From a virus (taxonomy: Duplodnaviria > Caudoviricetes), in IMG/VR virus record IMGVR_UViG_3300012983_000037, positions 1 to 64,000 of that record: a stretch of 64,000 nucleotides of DNA; one strand, written 5' to 3'. Position numbers and translations under genes: made by a program. Below the pieces are notes generated by a model that worked only from the letters and a program-made list of their open reading frames with translations, was not told where the DNA came from and made no database searches. Position 1 is the first letter of the stretch, and every line of letters starts with the position of its first letter. This document shows positions 15,081 to 25,061 of this stretch, in pieces.

Positions 15081-17555
15081 ATGCAATTTAAGGAAAAAGT
15101 ATTATACGATAGTTTTCCTAGACAGAGGCTTCCTGAGAAGAAGAAGACACCTAGATGGCGTGCTAAATGTGTTAATTGGGGAGCTGATAGAGATGTTTTA
15201 CATTTCTCCCCTGTAAGGAAGTCTGTTGAGCATAAGCAAATTAATTATGACCTCTTGAATGGTAAAATCCATATGTCAGACTTGAAGATGGTTGTAAATC
15301 CTCATAACATGACAGCTGGATATATACCAGAGAAGATTCAGCATTATCCTATAATTAACTCTAAACTAAGGGTATTACATGGAGAGGAATCTAAGAGAGT
15401 ATTTGACTATAGTGTTGTAGTAGTAAATCCTAATGCTATTACAGAGATGCAGGAAGCTAAGAAGCTAGAGATCCTAACTAAAATGCAGGGATTGATAGCT
15501 AATCCTAACATTTCTGAAGAGCAGTATCAAATGGAAATGGAAAAGCTTCAATACTATGCTAACTTTGAATACAAGGACTTTAGAGAGATTAGAGCAAATT
15601 CATTTGTAAAGCACTTCTCAAAAGAGCAGAACTTTAACCTTATTTTTAATAGTGGTTTTATGGATGCGATGACTGTAGGAGAAGAAATATATCAAGTATG
15701 TGTTATTCAAGGAGAGCCTACTCTTATTAAGTTAAATCCAAGAAAAGTTAGAGTTTATCAATCAGGATACTCTAATAAGATAGAGGATGCTGATATGATA
15801 GTCATTGAGGACTACTGGCCGCTAGGTAAGGTAGTTGATACATATCAAGATGTGTTAACAGATAGTGATCTTGACTACTTAGAAGAATTAGTATATAAAA
15901 CAGAAGATACTTCATTCTACCCAGATAATACTCAGTATGCATCCTATAATGTAGGAGGAAGACCTAGTCGCCCATCTAAAATTAATGTACTTAGAGAGAA
16001 TGAAGATGGTTTCTATTGGGAAGAGAAAGGTTTAACTGCTGAAGATTTATTCGGAGGAGATGAGACTATACATAGTACAAGTACACTTCCATATGACTTT
16101 TATGGTAATATAAAAGTGTGTCAGGTATTTTGGAAATCCCTCAGAAAGATTAAGAGAGTTAAATCTTATGATCCAATGACTGGAGAAGAAGTATTTACAC
16201 TTCATACAGAGCACTATATAACCAATAAAGAAAAAGGTGAGGAGGAAGATATATTCTGGATTAACGAAGCTTGGCAGGGTGTAAAGATTGGAGATAGAAT
16301 ATTTGTAAATATGGGACCATGTCCTATACAATTTAATTCAATGTCTAATCCATCAAAATGTCACTTTGGTATTATAGGATCAGTATACAATATCAATGAC
16401 GATCAGCCATTCTCTATGGTTGATATTATGAAGCCTTATAACTATCTTTATGATGTTGTGTATGATAACCTCATCAAGCTTCTTGCTAGAAACCATGGAA
16501 AATTAGTTAGATTAGACTTTGCTAAGATACCTGATAAATGGGGTATTGATAAGTGGTTAACAGTTCTTAAAACAGCTGGTGTTGTAGTGGAAGACTCATT
16601 CCAAGAAGGTAAGAGAGGAGCATCTTTAGGTAAGATGGCTGGAGCAATGAATAATGCCACTACAGGAGTTGTAGATGCTGAATTAGGCCAGTCAATTCAA
16701 TCAATGATCGCTCTACTAGAGTTCATAAAGAATGAGATGGCTGAAGTTGCTGGTATTTCTAAGCAGAGGGAAGGTCAAATCTCTAATAGAGAGACTGTAG
16801 GAGGTGTAGAGAGAGCAACACTTCAATCATCACATATTACTGAATGGCTGTTTATAGTCCATGATGATTTAAAGAAGAGAGTTATTGAGGCATTTATTGA
16901 AGTAGCAAAGGCTGCAAGTAGAGGAAGATCTCTTAAATTTCAATATATAGCACCTGACCATTCTCAAAGAGTAATGGAAATTGATGGAGATGAGTTTTCA
17001 GAATGCGATTATGGTTTAGTTGTAGATAATTCTCCAGAAACTCAGGAATTAAAAGCAAATTTACCTGGTTTAGTTCAAGCTGGACTTTCTAGTAAAATGA
17101 CTTCATTCTCTACTGCCATGAAGATATGGTCATCATCATCTATTGCTGAAAAGCAAAGAATGATTGAAAATGATGAAAGAACCATGCAGCAGCAAGCAGC
17201 TCAAGCACAACAGGCAGCACAGCAAGCAGAACAGCAGAAGATTGAGCACGAACTCAGACTTAAGACAATGGAACTTGAGCAGAATGATTTAATAAATCAG
17301 AGAGATAACGAAACTAAAGTTCTTATTGCAAATATACAAGCTAATGCTAAAATACAGTCAATCCAAGATACTGTTTCAGAAGAAGGTGAATCCAATATAG
17401 AGAGGGAGAGACTCGATGAGCAGATAAGAGAGTTTGATGAGAAACTAAAACTTGAAAAAGAAAAACTATCCTTAGAGAAGGATAAAGCAAAAACTGATGC
17501 TAGACTAAAAGAGAAACAAATAAATTCTAGACCTAAAACCACTAATAAGAAATGA
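15081..17555 (+). CDS. portal protein
   Basis: Follows terL; HYPIINSKL..L.GEE and GISKQREGQISNRETVGGVERA motifs; long C-terminal coiled coil; start moved to ATG 15081, downstream of the promoter. Confidence 0.9.
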   Translation: MQFKEKVLYDSFPRQRLPEKKKTPRWRAKCVNWGADRDVLHFSPVRKSVEHKQINYDLLNGKIHMSDLKMVVNPHNMTAGYIPEKIQHYPIINSKLRVLHGEESKRVFDYSVVVVNPNAITEMQEAKKLEILTKMQGLIANPNISEEQYQMEMEKLQYYANFEYKDFREIRANSFVKHFSKEQNFNLIFNSGFMDAMTVGEEIYQVCVIQGEPTLIKLNPRKVRVYQSGYSNKIEDADMIVIEDYWPLGKVVDTYQDVLTDSDLDYLEELVYKTEDTSFYPDNTQYASYNVGGRPSRPSKINVLRENEDGFYWEEKGLTAEDLFGGDETIHSTSTLPYDFYGNIKVCQVFWKSLRKIKRVKSYDPMTGEEVFTLHTEHYITNKEKGEEEDIFWINEAWQGVKIGDRIFVNMGPCPIQFNSMSNPSKCHFGIIGSVYNINDDQPFSMVDIMKPYNYLYDVVYDNLIKLLARNHGKLVRLDFAKIPDKWGIDKWLTVLKTAGVVVEDSFQEGKRGASLGKMAGAMNNATTGVVDAELGQSIQSMIALLEFIKNEMAEVAGISKQREGQISNRETVGGVERATLQSSHITEWLFIVHDDLKKRVIEAFIEVAKAASRGRSLKFQYIAPDHSQRVMEIDGDEFSECDYGLVVDNSPETQELKANLPGLVQAGLSSKMTSFSTAMKIWSSSSIAEKQRMIENDERTMQQQAAQAQQAAQQAEQQKIEHELRLKTMELEQNDLINQRDNETKVLIANIQANAKIQSIQDTVSEEGESNIERERLDEQIREFDEKLKLEKEKLSLEKDKAKTDARLKEKQINSRPKTTNKK

Positions 17556-18046
17556 TAAATACTTCTTTGACCGATTATATTAAAAAATACTCTAACAGTA
17601 GGACAATGGATACAGTAGTTATCCATTGTTCTGCTACTAAAGAGAATAAAGACTACTCTATTAAAGATATAAAGAAATGGCATCTTCAAAGAGGTTTTAA
17701 AGATGTAGGTTATCATTTTGTTATTAAACTTGATGGTACAATAGAAGTAGGTAGACCTCTAAATCAACAAGGTGCTCATGTGTCAGGACATAATTCATAT
17801 ACTATAGGTATATGTTATGTTGGAGGTTTGGACACCAACGGTAAACCTAAAGACACTAGAACTCCCGCACAAAAGGAATCTTTAAATAGATTAGTTGATA
17901 TGCTAAAAGATCTCATTACTATTAAAGCTATTAAAGGACATAGAGATTTTTCTAAAGACCTTAACGGCAATGGTAAAATAGATAAGAATGAATGGATTAA
18001 AGCATGTCCTTGTTTTGAAGTTAGTGATGAGTTTAATGTAAACTAA
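17552..18046 (+). CDS. N-acetylmuramoyl-L-alanine amidase (T7-lysozyme-type endolysin)
   Basis: IHCSAT, GYHF, GAHVSGHN, IGICYVGG, GHRD, KACPCF. Confidence 0.92.
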   Translation: MINTSLTDYIKKYSNSRTMDTVVIHCSATKENKDYSIKDIKKWHLQRGFKDVGYHFVIKLDGTIEVGRPLNQQGAHVSGHNSYTIGICYVGGLDTNGKPKDTRTPAQKESLNRLVDMLKDLITIKAIKGHRDFSKDLNGNGKIDKNEWIKACPCFEVSDEFNVN

Positions 18047-18133
18047 CACGGAAAGAAAAATAAGTGAATTACAATATCACTATTGTTAAAAGAAATAAAA
18101 ATAATAGAAAATAACAATTAAAATCATTTAATT

Positions 18134-18925
18134 ATGGCTAAAGAAATTGATAAGATTATTCAATCAAAAACAGCTCCTAAGAGTAATAATGTACTTTGGG
18201 ATGATGGCGAGAATTTAAAGATTAATAGAAATGGTAAGTGGGAGAGTACGGGTAGTGGAACCTCAGTACCTCAAGAAGTATTAGACACTATTGATTTTGG
18301 ATACTATACTTTTGCAAGTGGAAATATTGTAGCTAATTGGGGACCTTTTACTATTAAAGAGGGTGAGACTATTAAAGTAGATACAAATACATGGGCTGAA
18401 CCTGAATATATAAAAATTCATGATTATAGTGGAGTAGGTTATACAGAAAAAGGTACTATATTTGGACTTAACAAACGCCCAGATGGGACTTTAGGAGTTA
18501 TTGGTATAAATATTAAATTACAAGGTACTACTTTAGAAATATATAATAACAGTAATTTAGGAACAGTAACTATATCATTTTTAGCTTATAAAAAGCAAGT
18601 AATTAGTAATACTACGCATAGTATTTCTAGTGATTTACTCTCAGACTTAGAATTAAGGTCAGATATAGAAATAATACCAGGAGAGCACCCATATGAATTT
18701 TGGAAATTAATAGGAAAAAATGTTAATATATTTGATCGTCATAATTTTATATCCTATGGAGGTTTTTGTATTAATGTTAAAGAGGGATTTCACGATAACT
18801 ACAACGTGGTTTTCACAATAAATTTAGTAGATTTTCCAGATGTTAAAGTAATAAAAGTATACTTAGATAATAATTATTTAGTACAAAGTGTATCTTCAGA
18901 AGATAAAAAAATAACTGTTGTTTAA
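18134..18925 (+). CDS. putative head fibre/decoration protein
   Basis: N-terminal SKTAP...VLW...NGKW anchor-like segment, GSG linker and beta-rich body; located after the portal gene. Confidence 0.45.
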   Translation: MAKEIDKIIQSKTAPKSNNVLWDDGENLKINRNGKWESTGSGTSVPQEVLDTIDFGYYTFASGNIVANWGPFTIKEGETIKVDTNTWAEPEYIKIHDYSGVGYTEKGTIFGLNKRPDGTLGVIGINIKLQGTTLEIYNNSNLGTVTISFLAYKKQVISNTTHSISSDLLSDLELRSDIEIIPGEHPYEFWKLIGKNVNIFDRHNFISYGGFCINVKEGFHDNYNVVFTINLVDFPDVKVIKVYLDNNYLVQSVSSEDKKITVV

Positions 18926-18935
18926 TGATTTATTT

Positions 18936-19760
18936 ATGATATCAGTAATAATGTCTGCATATAATGCATCAAGCACTATCCTTAATGCTATAAATTCTGT
19001 ATTAGGTCAAACATATCAAGATATACAGCTAATTGTGATTAATGACTGTAGTACAGATAATACTCAATCAATAGTAAGTAATATTAATGATCCAAGAATC
19101 CTACTTATAAATAATGAGTATAATATGGGATGTGGAATGAGTAGAAGAATTGGACTATCTAAAGCTACAGGAGAATACATAACCTTTTTAGATTCTGATG
19201 ATTTTTATTCAAAAAACCATTTAGAAACTCTTATAAATGCTGCTAATGCCTTTCCTGATGCAGACATTATTCATTCTGGATTTAATATTGTATATAATAC
19301 TTATATAGACCCTAAAGTTCCTAGATTTAGAATAGAAACTGGTAATGATACTTTACATCCAAACGAAGTAGATACTAAAAGGTTTTTATGGCAAAATCTA
19401 ATTAAGAGGGAACTATTTGATAAAGTAGAATACAGTCATAGAAGATATATAGAAGATACTCCTACTTTGTTTAAATTGCTTTATTTAGCTAATAAAGTAA
19501 TTACTATAGAGCACTCTGGATATAATTGGGTACAAAGAGATGATTCTCTAACTCATACTAGTAGTATGGTGAAAAATGCTGTATATAGATGTTTGGCTGC
19601 AAAAGACATTATTGAATTCTTAAAAACTGAAAATAAAGGTTTTAGTTATAATGATCTTTATGACTGTCTGGAATGTCTAAAACCATATTTACAAACTTCT
19701 GAGATAAATAATTACCAAGAAGAGTTAGATGAATTAAAGCTCTTTCTAAAAGGACTATAG
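18936..19760 (+). CDS. family 2 glycosyltransferase (GT-A fold)
   Basis: ISVIMSAYN, INDCSTD, GEYITFLDSDD, IED; start moved to ATG 18936. Confidence 0.92.
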   Translation: MISVIMSAYNASSTILNAINSVLGQTYQDIQLIVINDCSTDNTQSIVSNINDPRILLINNEYNMGCGMSRRIGLSKATGEYITFLDSDDFYSKNHLETLINAANAFPDADIIHSGFNIVYNTYIDPKVPRFRIETGNDTLHPNEVDTKRFLWQNLIKRELFDKVEYSHRRYIEDTPTLFKLLYLANKVITIEHSGYNWVQRDDSLTHTSSMVKNAVYRCLAAKDIIEFLKTENKGFSYNDLYDCLECLKPYLQTSEINNYQEELDELKLFLKGL

Positions 19761-19775
19761 AATCTTAAATATACA

Positions 19776-20021
19776 ATGCTTAAAAAACTACTACAAACAG
19801 ATAAACTAACACATAATCTACTAAACTACTCAATACTATTAACACTAGCAATACTAGTAAACTATTGGGTAGGTTTAGTAGTATGTATTACATTAAGCTG
19901 TCTCAAAGAATTCCTTTGGGATAAGAAATTAAAGAAAGGTACTTATGAAGTAGCAGATTTAATTGCTAATGGATTAGGTATACTTGAAGCCACAATAATA
20001 TATTTAATATATATTTTATAA
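19776..20021 (+). CDS. small membrane protein (VanZ/YfiM-like DKxxH...KE...D pattern)
   Basis: DKLTH, KEFLWD and DLIANGLG between hydrophobic helices. Confidence 0.6.
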   Translation: MLKKLLQTDKLTHNLLNYSILLTLAILVNYWVGLVVCITLSCLKEFLWDKKLKKGTYEVADLIANGLGILEATIIYLIYIL

Positions 20022-20053
20022 AGTGAAAATATTTAATAAAAACTGTATAATAT

Positions 20054-20776
20054 ATGAAAAAGAAAGTTGGAGAATTATATGATAGACCAATAGTTATTGG
20101 TAATCCCAATGAAGTAAACAAAGATGAAATACTTTTAAAGAATACTGGTGGAGGGATTACTCTTTCTGAAAGAAAAGATGGTGAATTAGAAGATATTACT
20201 ACTACTCCTCCTAAATATCCTAGATGTTTTATTTGGTATGATAAAGGAAATGATGGTGATGTTGGAGAGCCAGTTCCTCTTCATTGTCATATAGGCAATA
20301 CTAGGCTTTTTGAAAATAACGATGGTATATTGGCGAGTAATTATATAATGTTTGATAGTGAACTTGTCGTTGGTTATGATAGTAGTATAAATGTTGATTC
20401 ATTTTTAAGTAGGCATAAAGGTAAATACAAAGAAATATCTTTAAAAGAATATATGGGAGAATGTCCAGAAGGAGATTTTGGAATTATTAAAATACCTATG
20501 CCTTATGATCAAAATGGACAAGTTATTTATACTTTGGTAGAAGATGAATTAAGTAAAAAACGTATTAATTATTTAAATAATAATGTAGAAAATAAATATA
20601 ATATAATACGAATATATGCATCAAAAGCTTTCAATAACAATTATTATTATGTCAATGTTAAATCTTATACAATAGATAAAGAAAATAATTGTATTGTGTT
20701 TGAAATAGAACAAATTCCACCACTTGATATGGCTACTCAAGTTAGAGTTTCTCTTGATGCAGAAGTCTTAAAATAA
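20054..20776 (+). CDS. putative head fibre protein
   Basis: N-terminal IVIGNPNEVNKDEILL recalls the crAss head-fibre capsid anchor (from memory); variable C-terminus. Confidence 0.55.
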   Translation: MKKKVGELYDRPIVIGNPNEVNKDEILLKNTGGGITLSERKDGELEDITTTPPKYPRCFIWYDKGNDGDVGEPVPLHCHIGNTRLFENNDGILASNYIMFDSELVVGYDSSINVDSFLSRHKGKYKEISLKEYMGECPEGDFGIIKIPMPYDQNGQVIYTLVEDELSKKRINYLNNNVENKYNIIRIYASKAFNNNYYYVNVKSYTIDKENNCIVFEIEQIPPLDMATQVRVSLDAEVLK

Positions 20777-20793
20777 CTAATCTATTTACCCTA

Positions 20794-20824
20794 TTGCAAA
20801 ATTCAAATATTTGTTTTACCTTTG
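20794..20824 (+). promoter_or_regulatory. Bacteroidota promoter, nearly leaderless transcript
   Basis: TTG 20794-20796, 20 nt spacer, TACCTTTG 20817-20824; ATG at 20829. Confidence 0.8.
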
Positions 20825-20828
20825 TGAA

Positions 20829-21437
20829 ATGAAAACTATAAAAACTATATTTTGGATATTTATAGGTGTTCTAATAATTAGTGTAATTGGTATGGCTAAA
20901 CACATATCAAATCTAAATGAAGAAATAGGAGTATATGATAATAACTTCAAGTCTTTAAATTTAGAGTTAAATGAATATGAGAAGCATGCAATAGCATATA
21001 AGTTTAGTGTAGAACAATTAAACTATATTAATGATTCAATTATTACTGAGTTAAATAATACTCGTAAACAATTGAAAATTAAAGACAAAGAGTTAAAGCA
21101 GTTACAAAGTATCAAAACAGAAGTTCATATAAGAGATAGTGTCTTCGTAAGAGACACTATCTTTAAAGAATCTTTTATTAGATTAGATACTCTATTAGGT
21201 GATGAGTGGTATAAAACTAAACTTACTTTAGAGTATCCTAATAAGATAGGTTTAGATATGACTTATAAAAGTGATATTAGTGTAATTGCTAGTACTCAAA
21301 AAGAGATTATAGGAACACCTAAGAAGTGTTTTATTGGGAGATGGTTTCAAAAGAAACAAAAGGTTATAAGAGTAGATGTAATGGACAATAACCCTTATAG
21401 TGAAATTAAAAGTAAAAAATTTGTAATTGTTGAGTAA
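20829..21437 (+). CDS. spanin-like lysis protein
   Basis: N-terminal TM helix, coiled coil, RDSVFVRDT, C-terminal NPY. Confidence 0.55.
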   Translation: MKTIKTIFWIFIGVLIISVIGMAKHISNLNEEIGVYDNNFKSLNLELNEYEKHAIAYKFSVEQLNYINDSIITELNNTRKQLKIKDKELKQLQSIKTEVHIRDSVFVRDTIFKESFIRLDTLLGDEWYKTKLTLEYPNKIGLDMTYKSDISVIASTQKEIIGTPKKCFIGRWFQKKQKVIRVDVMDNNPYSEIKSKKFVIVE

Positions 21438-21796
21438 TGGATTTATTAGTAACATCTATTATTGGAGTTGTGTGTACAGGATTATCTAGTCTTATAACAT
21501 GGTTGTTTACTAGACGAAAATATAACACTGAAGTAGATCATAACTCTATAGAGAACATGGGAGGTTCTCTTGAATTTTATGAGAGACTTACTGCTAGTAG
21601 TAATAAGATTTTAGCAGAAGTTTTAGAGAAGTCTGAAAAGTTAGCTCAGTCTAATGTTGAATTGTTAATTGAAGTTCAAAACCTTAGAGCTCAAATTGGT
21701 ATTCTTACAGAAGTAATTAAGAATGAGGTTGATAATTTAGACTTTGAAAAATATGGTATTAAAATTAATGAGGATGGAACTTTAATTAGATTGTAG
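21437..21796 (+). CDS. holin-like membrane protein
   Basis: N-terminal TM helix, RRKY, then coiled coil. Confidence 0.55.
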   Translation: MDLLVTSIIGVVCTGLSSLITWLFTRRKYNTEVDHNSIENMGGSLEFYERLTASSNKILAEVLEKSEKLAQSNVELLIEVQNLRAQIGILTEVIKNEVDNLDFEKYGIKINEDGTLIRL

Positions 21797-21797
21797 T

Positions 21798-21929
21798 ATG
21801 AAACAGAAAGTAGGTGAACTTTATGGAAAACCTGTTGTAGTAGGTAACCCAAATGAATTTGAAAAGCACGAGATTCCTTTGAATGATTTACTGGAAGGTA
21901 AATTGTCTTTAGAGGATGTTAAAGAGTAA
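21798..21929 (+). CDS. 43-aa paralogue of the N-terminus of 20054..20776
   Basis: MKQKVGELYGKPVVVGNPNEFEKHEI vs MKKKVGELYDRPIVIGNPNEVNKDEI; not in the ORF track. Confidence 0.8.
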   Translation: MKQKVGELYGKPVVVGNPNEFEKHEIPLNDLLEGKLSLEDVKE

Positions 21930-21934
21930 TAATT

Positions 21935-22057
21935 ATGGCAAAGAAAACTAAAGCTAGAAAAGTAACAATAGCTCCTAAACTAATACCTAGAGCAGGAGTA
22001 ACTAAAAACCCTAAACAATCCTATAAGTGTGGAGGAAAAATCAAGACAGCTAAATAG
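21935..22057 (+). CDS. 40-aa basic peptide ending in YKCGGKIKTAK
   Basis: Clean ATG-to-TAG ORF with AATTATGG start context; not in the ORF track. Confidence 0.65.
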   Translation: MAKKTKARKVTIAPKLIPRAGVTKNPKQSYKCGGKIKTAK

Positions 22058-22415
22058 AAATTTGTATTTCATAGAGATTAAGCTATTAAAGATATTACCT
22101 TCTTTAATAGCTTTAATTTACTTTATTAATATTATACTTAATTTAACTGGTGTTAATTTAAATTCATTGAGTTATCTTGCAGGAATGTCTTTTATTCCAC
22201 TACTGTTTATGTATATTTCTTCTTATGTATTTCAGTTTTGTGAGTACCACAGACTACCATTACATTATATATTAATTACCGATTTGTTAAGTATAATAGG
22301 ATATGAATTTGAAATATCTGTAGATGTTTGGTTATATATAGTAATACACAGTATACTGTTTGGTTTAAGTATTGCTATAGCACTATATTTATATTTAAAA
22401 GATAAAAGCATATAA
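22029..22415 (+). CDS. multi-pass membrane protein
   Basis: About four hydrophobic helices, FCEYHRLPLHY motif. Confidence 0.75.
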   Translation: MEEKSRQLNRNLYFIEIKLLKILPSLIALIYFINIILNLTGVNLNSLSYLAGMSFIPLLFMYISSYVFQFCEYHRLPLHYILITDLLSIIGYEFEISVDVWLYIVIHSILFGLSIAIALYLYLKDKSI

Positions 22416-22422
22416 TCACAAT

Positions 22423-22758
22423 ATGAGAAATCTCATTAATAAATTACTTGATACTTCTTTGAGGGAGTTCCTAATATCTAACTCTAACCTTACAGAAGAA
22501 GATATGTGCACAGTAGTTGATAAATTTCTAGATATCATAGATACTTTAAATGCTAATAAAGAAAAGCAGAAAGAGTATTGTAGGACAGAAGCTTATCAAT
22601 ACTTAAGGATAAGCAGATCTTCTTTTGATTCTAAGGTTAATAACGGTATTCTCCCTAAAGGTCATAAAGTCCCTGGTAAAGGTCCTGTATGGTATAAAAA
22701 AGATTTAGATGAATATCTTAAGAAATATGACAGGAAATTAAAAGTATCATTGGAATAA
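22423..22758 (+). CDS. excisionase/AlpA-like helix-turn-helix protein
   Basis: EAYQYLRISRSSFDSKVNNGILPKG...WYKKDLDEY. Confidence 0.75.
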   Translation: MRNLINKLLDTSLREFLISNSNLTEEDMCTVVDKFLDIIDTLNANKEKQKEYCRTEAYQYLRISRSSFDSKVNNGILPKGHKVPGKGPVWYKKDLDEYLKKYDRKLKVSLE

Positions 22759-22767
22759 AAATACCTG

Positions 22768-22804
22768 AAAAACCCTATCTAGAGTAATCTAGGTAGGGTT
22801 TTTT
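22768..22804 (+). terminator. intrinsic terminator, possibly bidirectional
   Basis: AAAAACCCTATCTAGA-gtaa-TCTAGGTAGGGTTTTT. Confidence 0.85.
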
Positions 22805-22811
22805 GGTATAA

Positions 22812-22843
22812 TTAGTTTTTGTGAAAAATGTTACATATGTTTG
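22812..22843 (+). promoter_or_regulatory. Bacteroidota promoter with degenerate -33
   Basis: TATGTTTG 22836-22843, with TTAG 20 nt upstream. Confidence 0.6.
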
Positions 22844-22895
22844 CAGTCGTAAGCTTACAGAAAGAAAAAAAACCTAAAACTTAAACTGAAAAACT

Positions 22896-23681
22896 ATGGA
22901 CATTATTGAAAAAGAGACTGTAAAAGAAGTTCCTGTAGAGTATTGGCAGAAGCACTATGGCTGCTGCGATAACTATAAGTGGAATACAGGACATGCTCCT
23001 TTTGCTTCAAGAGGAGTAGCAGGTGCTGGTTTAGGCCTTGGAATTGCAGGTACTGCATTAGGACTACTTGCACTTAGTAGAAATGGTGGATTTAACCTTT
23101 TTGGAAATGGGGGCTCTTCTCCTGAGAATGTAAACATTAATACTGTTGGAGGTTCTCCTATAGCTCCTACAGCATTTGATGTTTGGGCTAAAGAGAGTAC
23201 TGACATTTTTAATGCTCAAAAGGCACTCTATGATTATGCTCTATTAGATCAAAGTCAGAGATTTACTGACAGACAGACTCTCAACTCTGAGTTATTTGGA
23301 GTATACAAGAGTCAGATTGATGCAGACTTTGGACTATACAAGTCACAGAGAGATGCTAATGATTTAACTAATGCTAGATTAACTAACGAAGTATTCAGCC
23401 TTTATAAGAGTACTAGAGATGAAGATGACTCTATTAGAAAAGAGCTATGTGACCTTAAGGCTCAAGTTGCTATTAATTCTGCTATCAGACCTTATCAGGA
23501 TAAACTCATCCAGTGTGAGATTGACAAAGCATTTACTGCAGGCATTAATTATACAAACAGCAAAACCTGCAATGTGCTGTACGGTCAAGTAGTACTTCCT
23601 AGCACCCCAACTATAACTGGTTATGCTGGTGCTAACAGATGTGGTTGTCCTATGGTAGTTGCTGCAGAAGCAGGTGCTTAA
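22896..23681 (+). CDS. glycine-zipper/coiled-coil protein of unknown function
   Basis: GVAGAGLGLGIAGTALGLLAL, three FxxYKSxxD repeats, Cys-rich ends. Confidence 0.8.
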   Translation: MDIIEKETVKEVPVEYWQKHYGCCDNYKWNTGHAPFASRGVAGAGLGLGIAGTALGLLALSRNGGFNLFGNGGSSPENVNINTVGGSPIAPTAFDVWAKESTDIFNAQKALYDYALLDQSQRFTDRQTLNSELFGVYKSQIDADFGLYKSQRDANDLTNARLTNEVFSLYKSTRDEDDSIRKELCDLKAQVAINSAIRPYQDKLIQCEIDKAFTAGINYTNSKTCNVLYGQVVLPSTPTITGYAGANRCGCPMVVAAEAGA

Positions 23682-23695
23682 TTTAACTATTCAAT

Positions 23696-24169
23696 ATGAT
23701 GCCAATAAACCAAATTACTATTGGAGGAGACCCATTATTAGGTACACCAAGCTATAATATAGAAGAGCAGTTAAGACAACTAGAAGCTAGAAAACAAGCT
23801 CTAGAGTCTATGAAACAACTGAACCCTCAAGCTATACAGCAATCTGTACTATGGGACTCAATAGATTCTGAAATAAAAGTTCTATCCCAAGATCAATTAT
23901 CTAGATTATTTGAAAATCAAGAATACATAGCTACCTATACAAGAATACAAGAGTTGGTTAACACTGAAATAATAAACTTAGTAAAAGCTAGAATTGAAAA
24001 TACCACTGAAGGAAAACAACTACTACAAGAGCAACTTAATATAATAAGAAAAATGAAACCAACTATAATAGAAGAAACAAATAGAGAGGTAGAACTTTTT
24101 AAGAGGTTTAGGGAGTACAGCAAAAACAATCCTAATATAACATACGAAGAATTTATTAAAGCAAAATAA
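23696..24169 (+). CDS. helical Gln/Glu-rich hypothetical protein
   Basis: 157 aa ORF. Confidence 0.8.
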   Translation: MMPINQITIGGDPLLGTPSYNIEEQLRQLEARKQALESMKQLNPQAIQQSVLWDSIDSEIKVLSQDQLSRLFENQEYIATYTRIQELVNTEIINLVKARIENTTEGKQLLQEQLNIIRKMKPTIIEETNREVELFKRFREYSKNNPNITYEEFIKAK

Positions 24170-24171
24170 TT

Positions 24172-24546
24172 ATGAATATAGATACACTACATAAGTTATT
24201 TGGAGAATTTGTAGATACCAAACTTAATAGTTTTTGCACTACTAACCCTATGCTACAACTATTTAAACCTGTTATTAAGAGAGTTATAAATGTAAATTTT
24301 AGTAAGATACATTCAAAACTTTCTATACTAGCAGATGTAAATGGTGATATAGATGTAAAAGGCATATTGCCTGAGATGATTGATAATATAAAGAATATGG
24401 AACCATACACAATCCAAACAGAAGCTATCGGAGATATAATAATTGGTAAAGGTAGCATCATATTGAATATACCTATGACAGATAGAAGGTTGGTTATCAA
24501 TACATCTGATCTAGAAGAATTAAAAAACTTAATAAACAGCAACTGA
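24172..24546 (+). CDS. hypothetical protein
   Basis: 124 aa ORF. Confidence 0.8.
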   Translation: MNIDTLHKLFGEFVDTKLNSFCTTNPMLQLFKPVIKRVINVNFSKIHSKLSILADVNGDIDVKGILPEMIDNIKNMEPYTIQTEAIGDIIIGKGSIILNIPMTDRRLVINTSDLEELKNLINSN

Positions 24547-24547
24547 T

Positions 24548-25060
24548 ATGGAAGACTATTTATTGATGGAACTTTTAAAGACTAAGAGTAAAATGGACCC
24601 AGAGTTCAACTCTAAGTTAACTGAATATATAAGAAGTGGTAAAATGGATACTGAAATCCATAATGCTAGAGGAAGGAGATATATGAGAAACTATACTCAA
24701 AGCCAGCATTATATGCCTCAAATAGAAGAAGAGCATTTTGATGAGGAGATGGCTAAATCTATAGTAGAATCTATGCATCATATGGAGGATAATAACAAGG
24801 TAGTATCAGGAGAACACTTCTCAATGTTCAAAGCTAATAGTGTATGTGAAACATATAAGAAGATGTATCACCTTGATATAACTCCTGAAGATGTTTATGT
24901 AGCTATTAATGCTCAGTACCATGACTACTCTAAGTTATTTAAATCTTGGTTTGGATCTAATATAGATAGTAAAATAATTGAATCTGCAATCTGCTTCTGG
25001 TTTAAAGATGTAGATTATGACAAGGGTTCTAAATTATGGAACTATTTTCAAGACCTATAA
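24548..25060 (+). CDS. His-rich hypothetical protein
   Basis: HFDEEMA, GEHFS, YVAINAQYHDY, WFKDVD, KLWNYF. Confidence 0.8.
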   Translation: MEDYLLMELLKTKSKMDPEFNSKLTEYIRSGKMDTEIHNARGRRYMRNYTQSQHYMPQIEEEHFDEEMAKSIVESMHHMEDNNKVVSGEHFSMFKANSVCETYKKMYHLDITPEDVYVAINAQYHDYSKLFKSWFGSNIDSKIIESAICFWFKDVDYDKGSKLWNYFQDL

Positions 25061-25061
25061 C

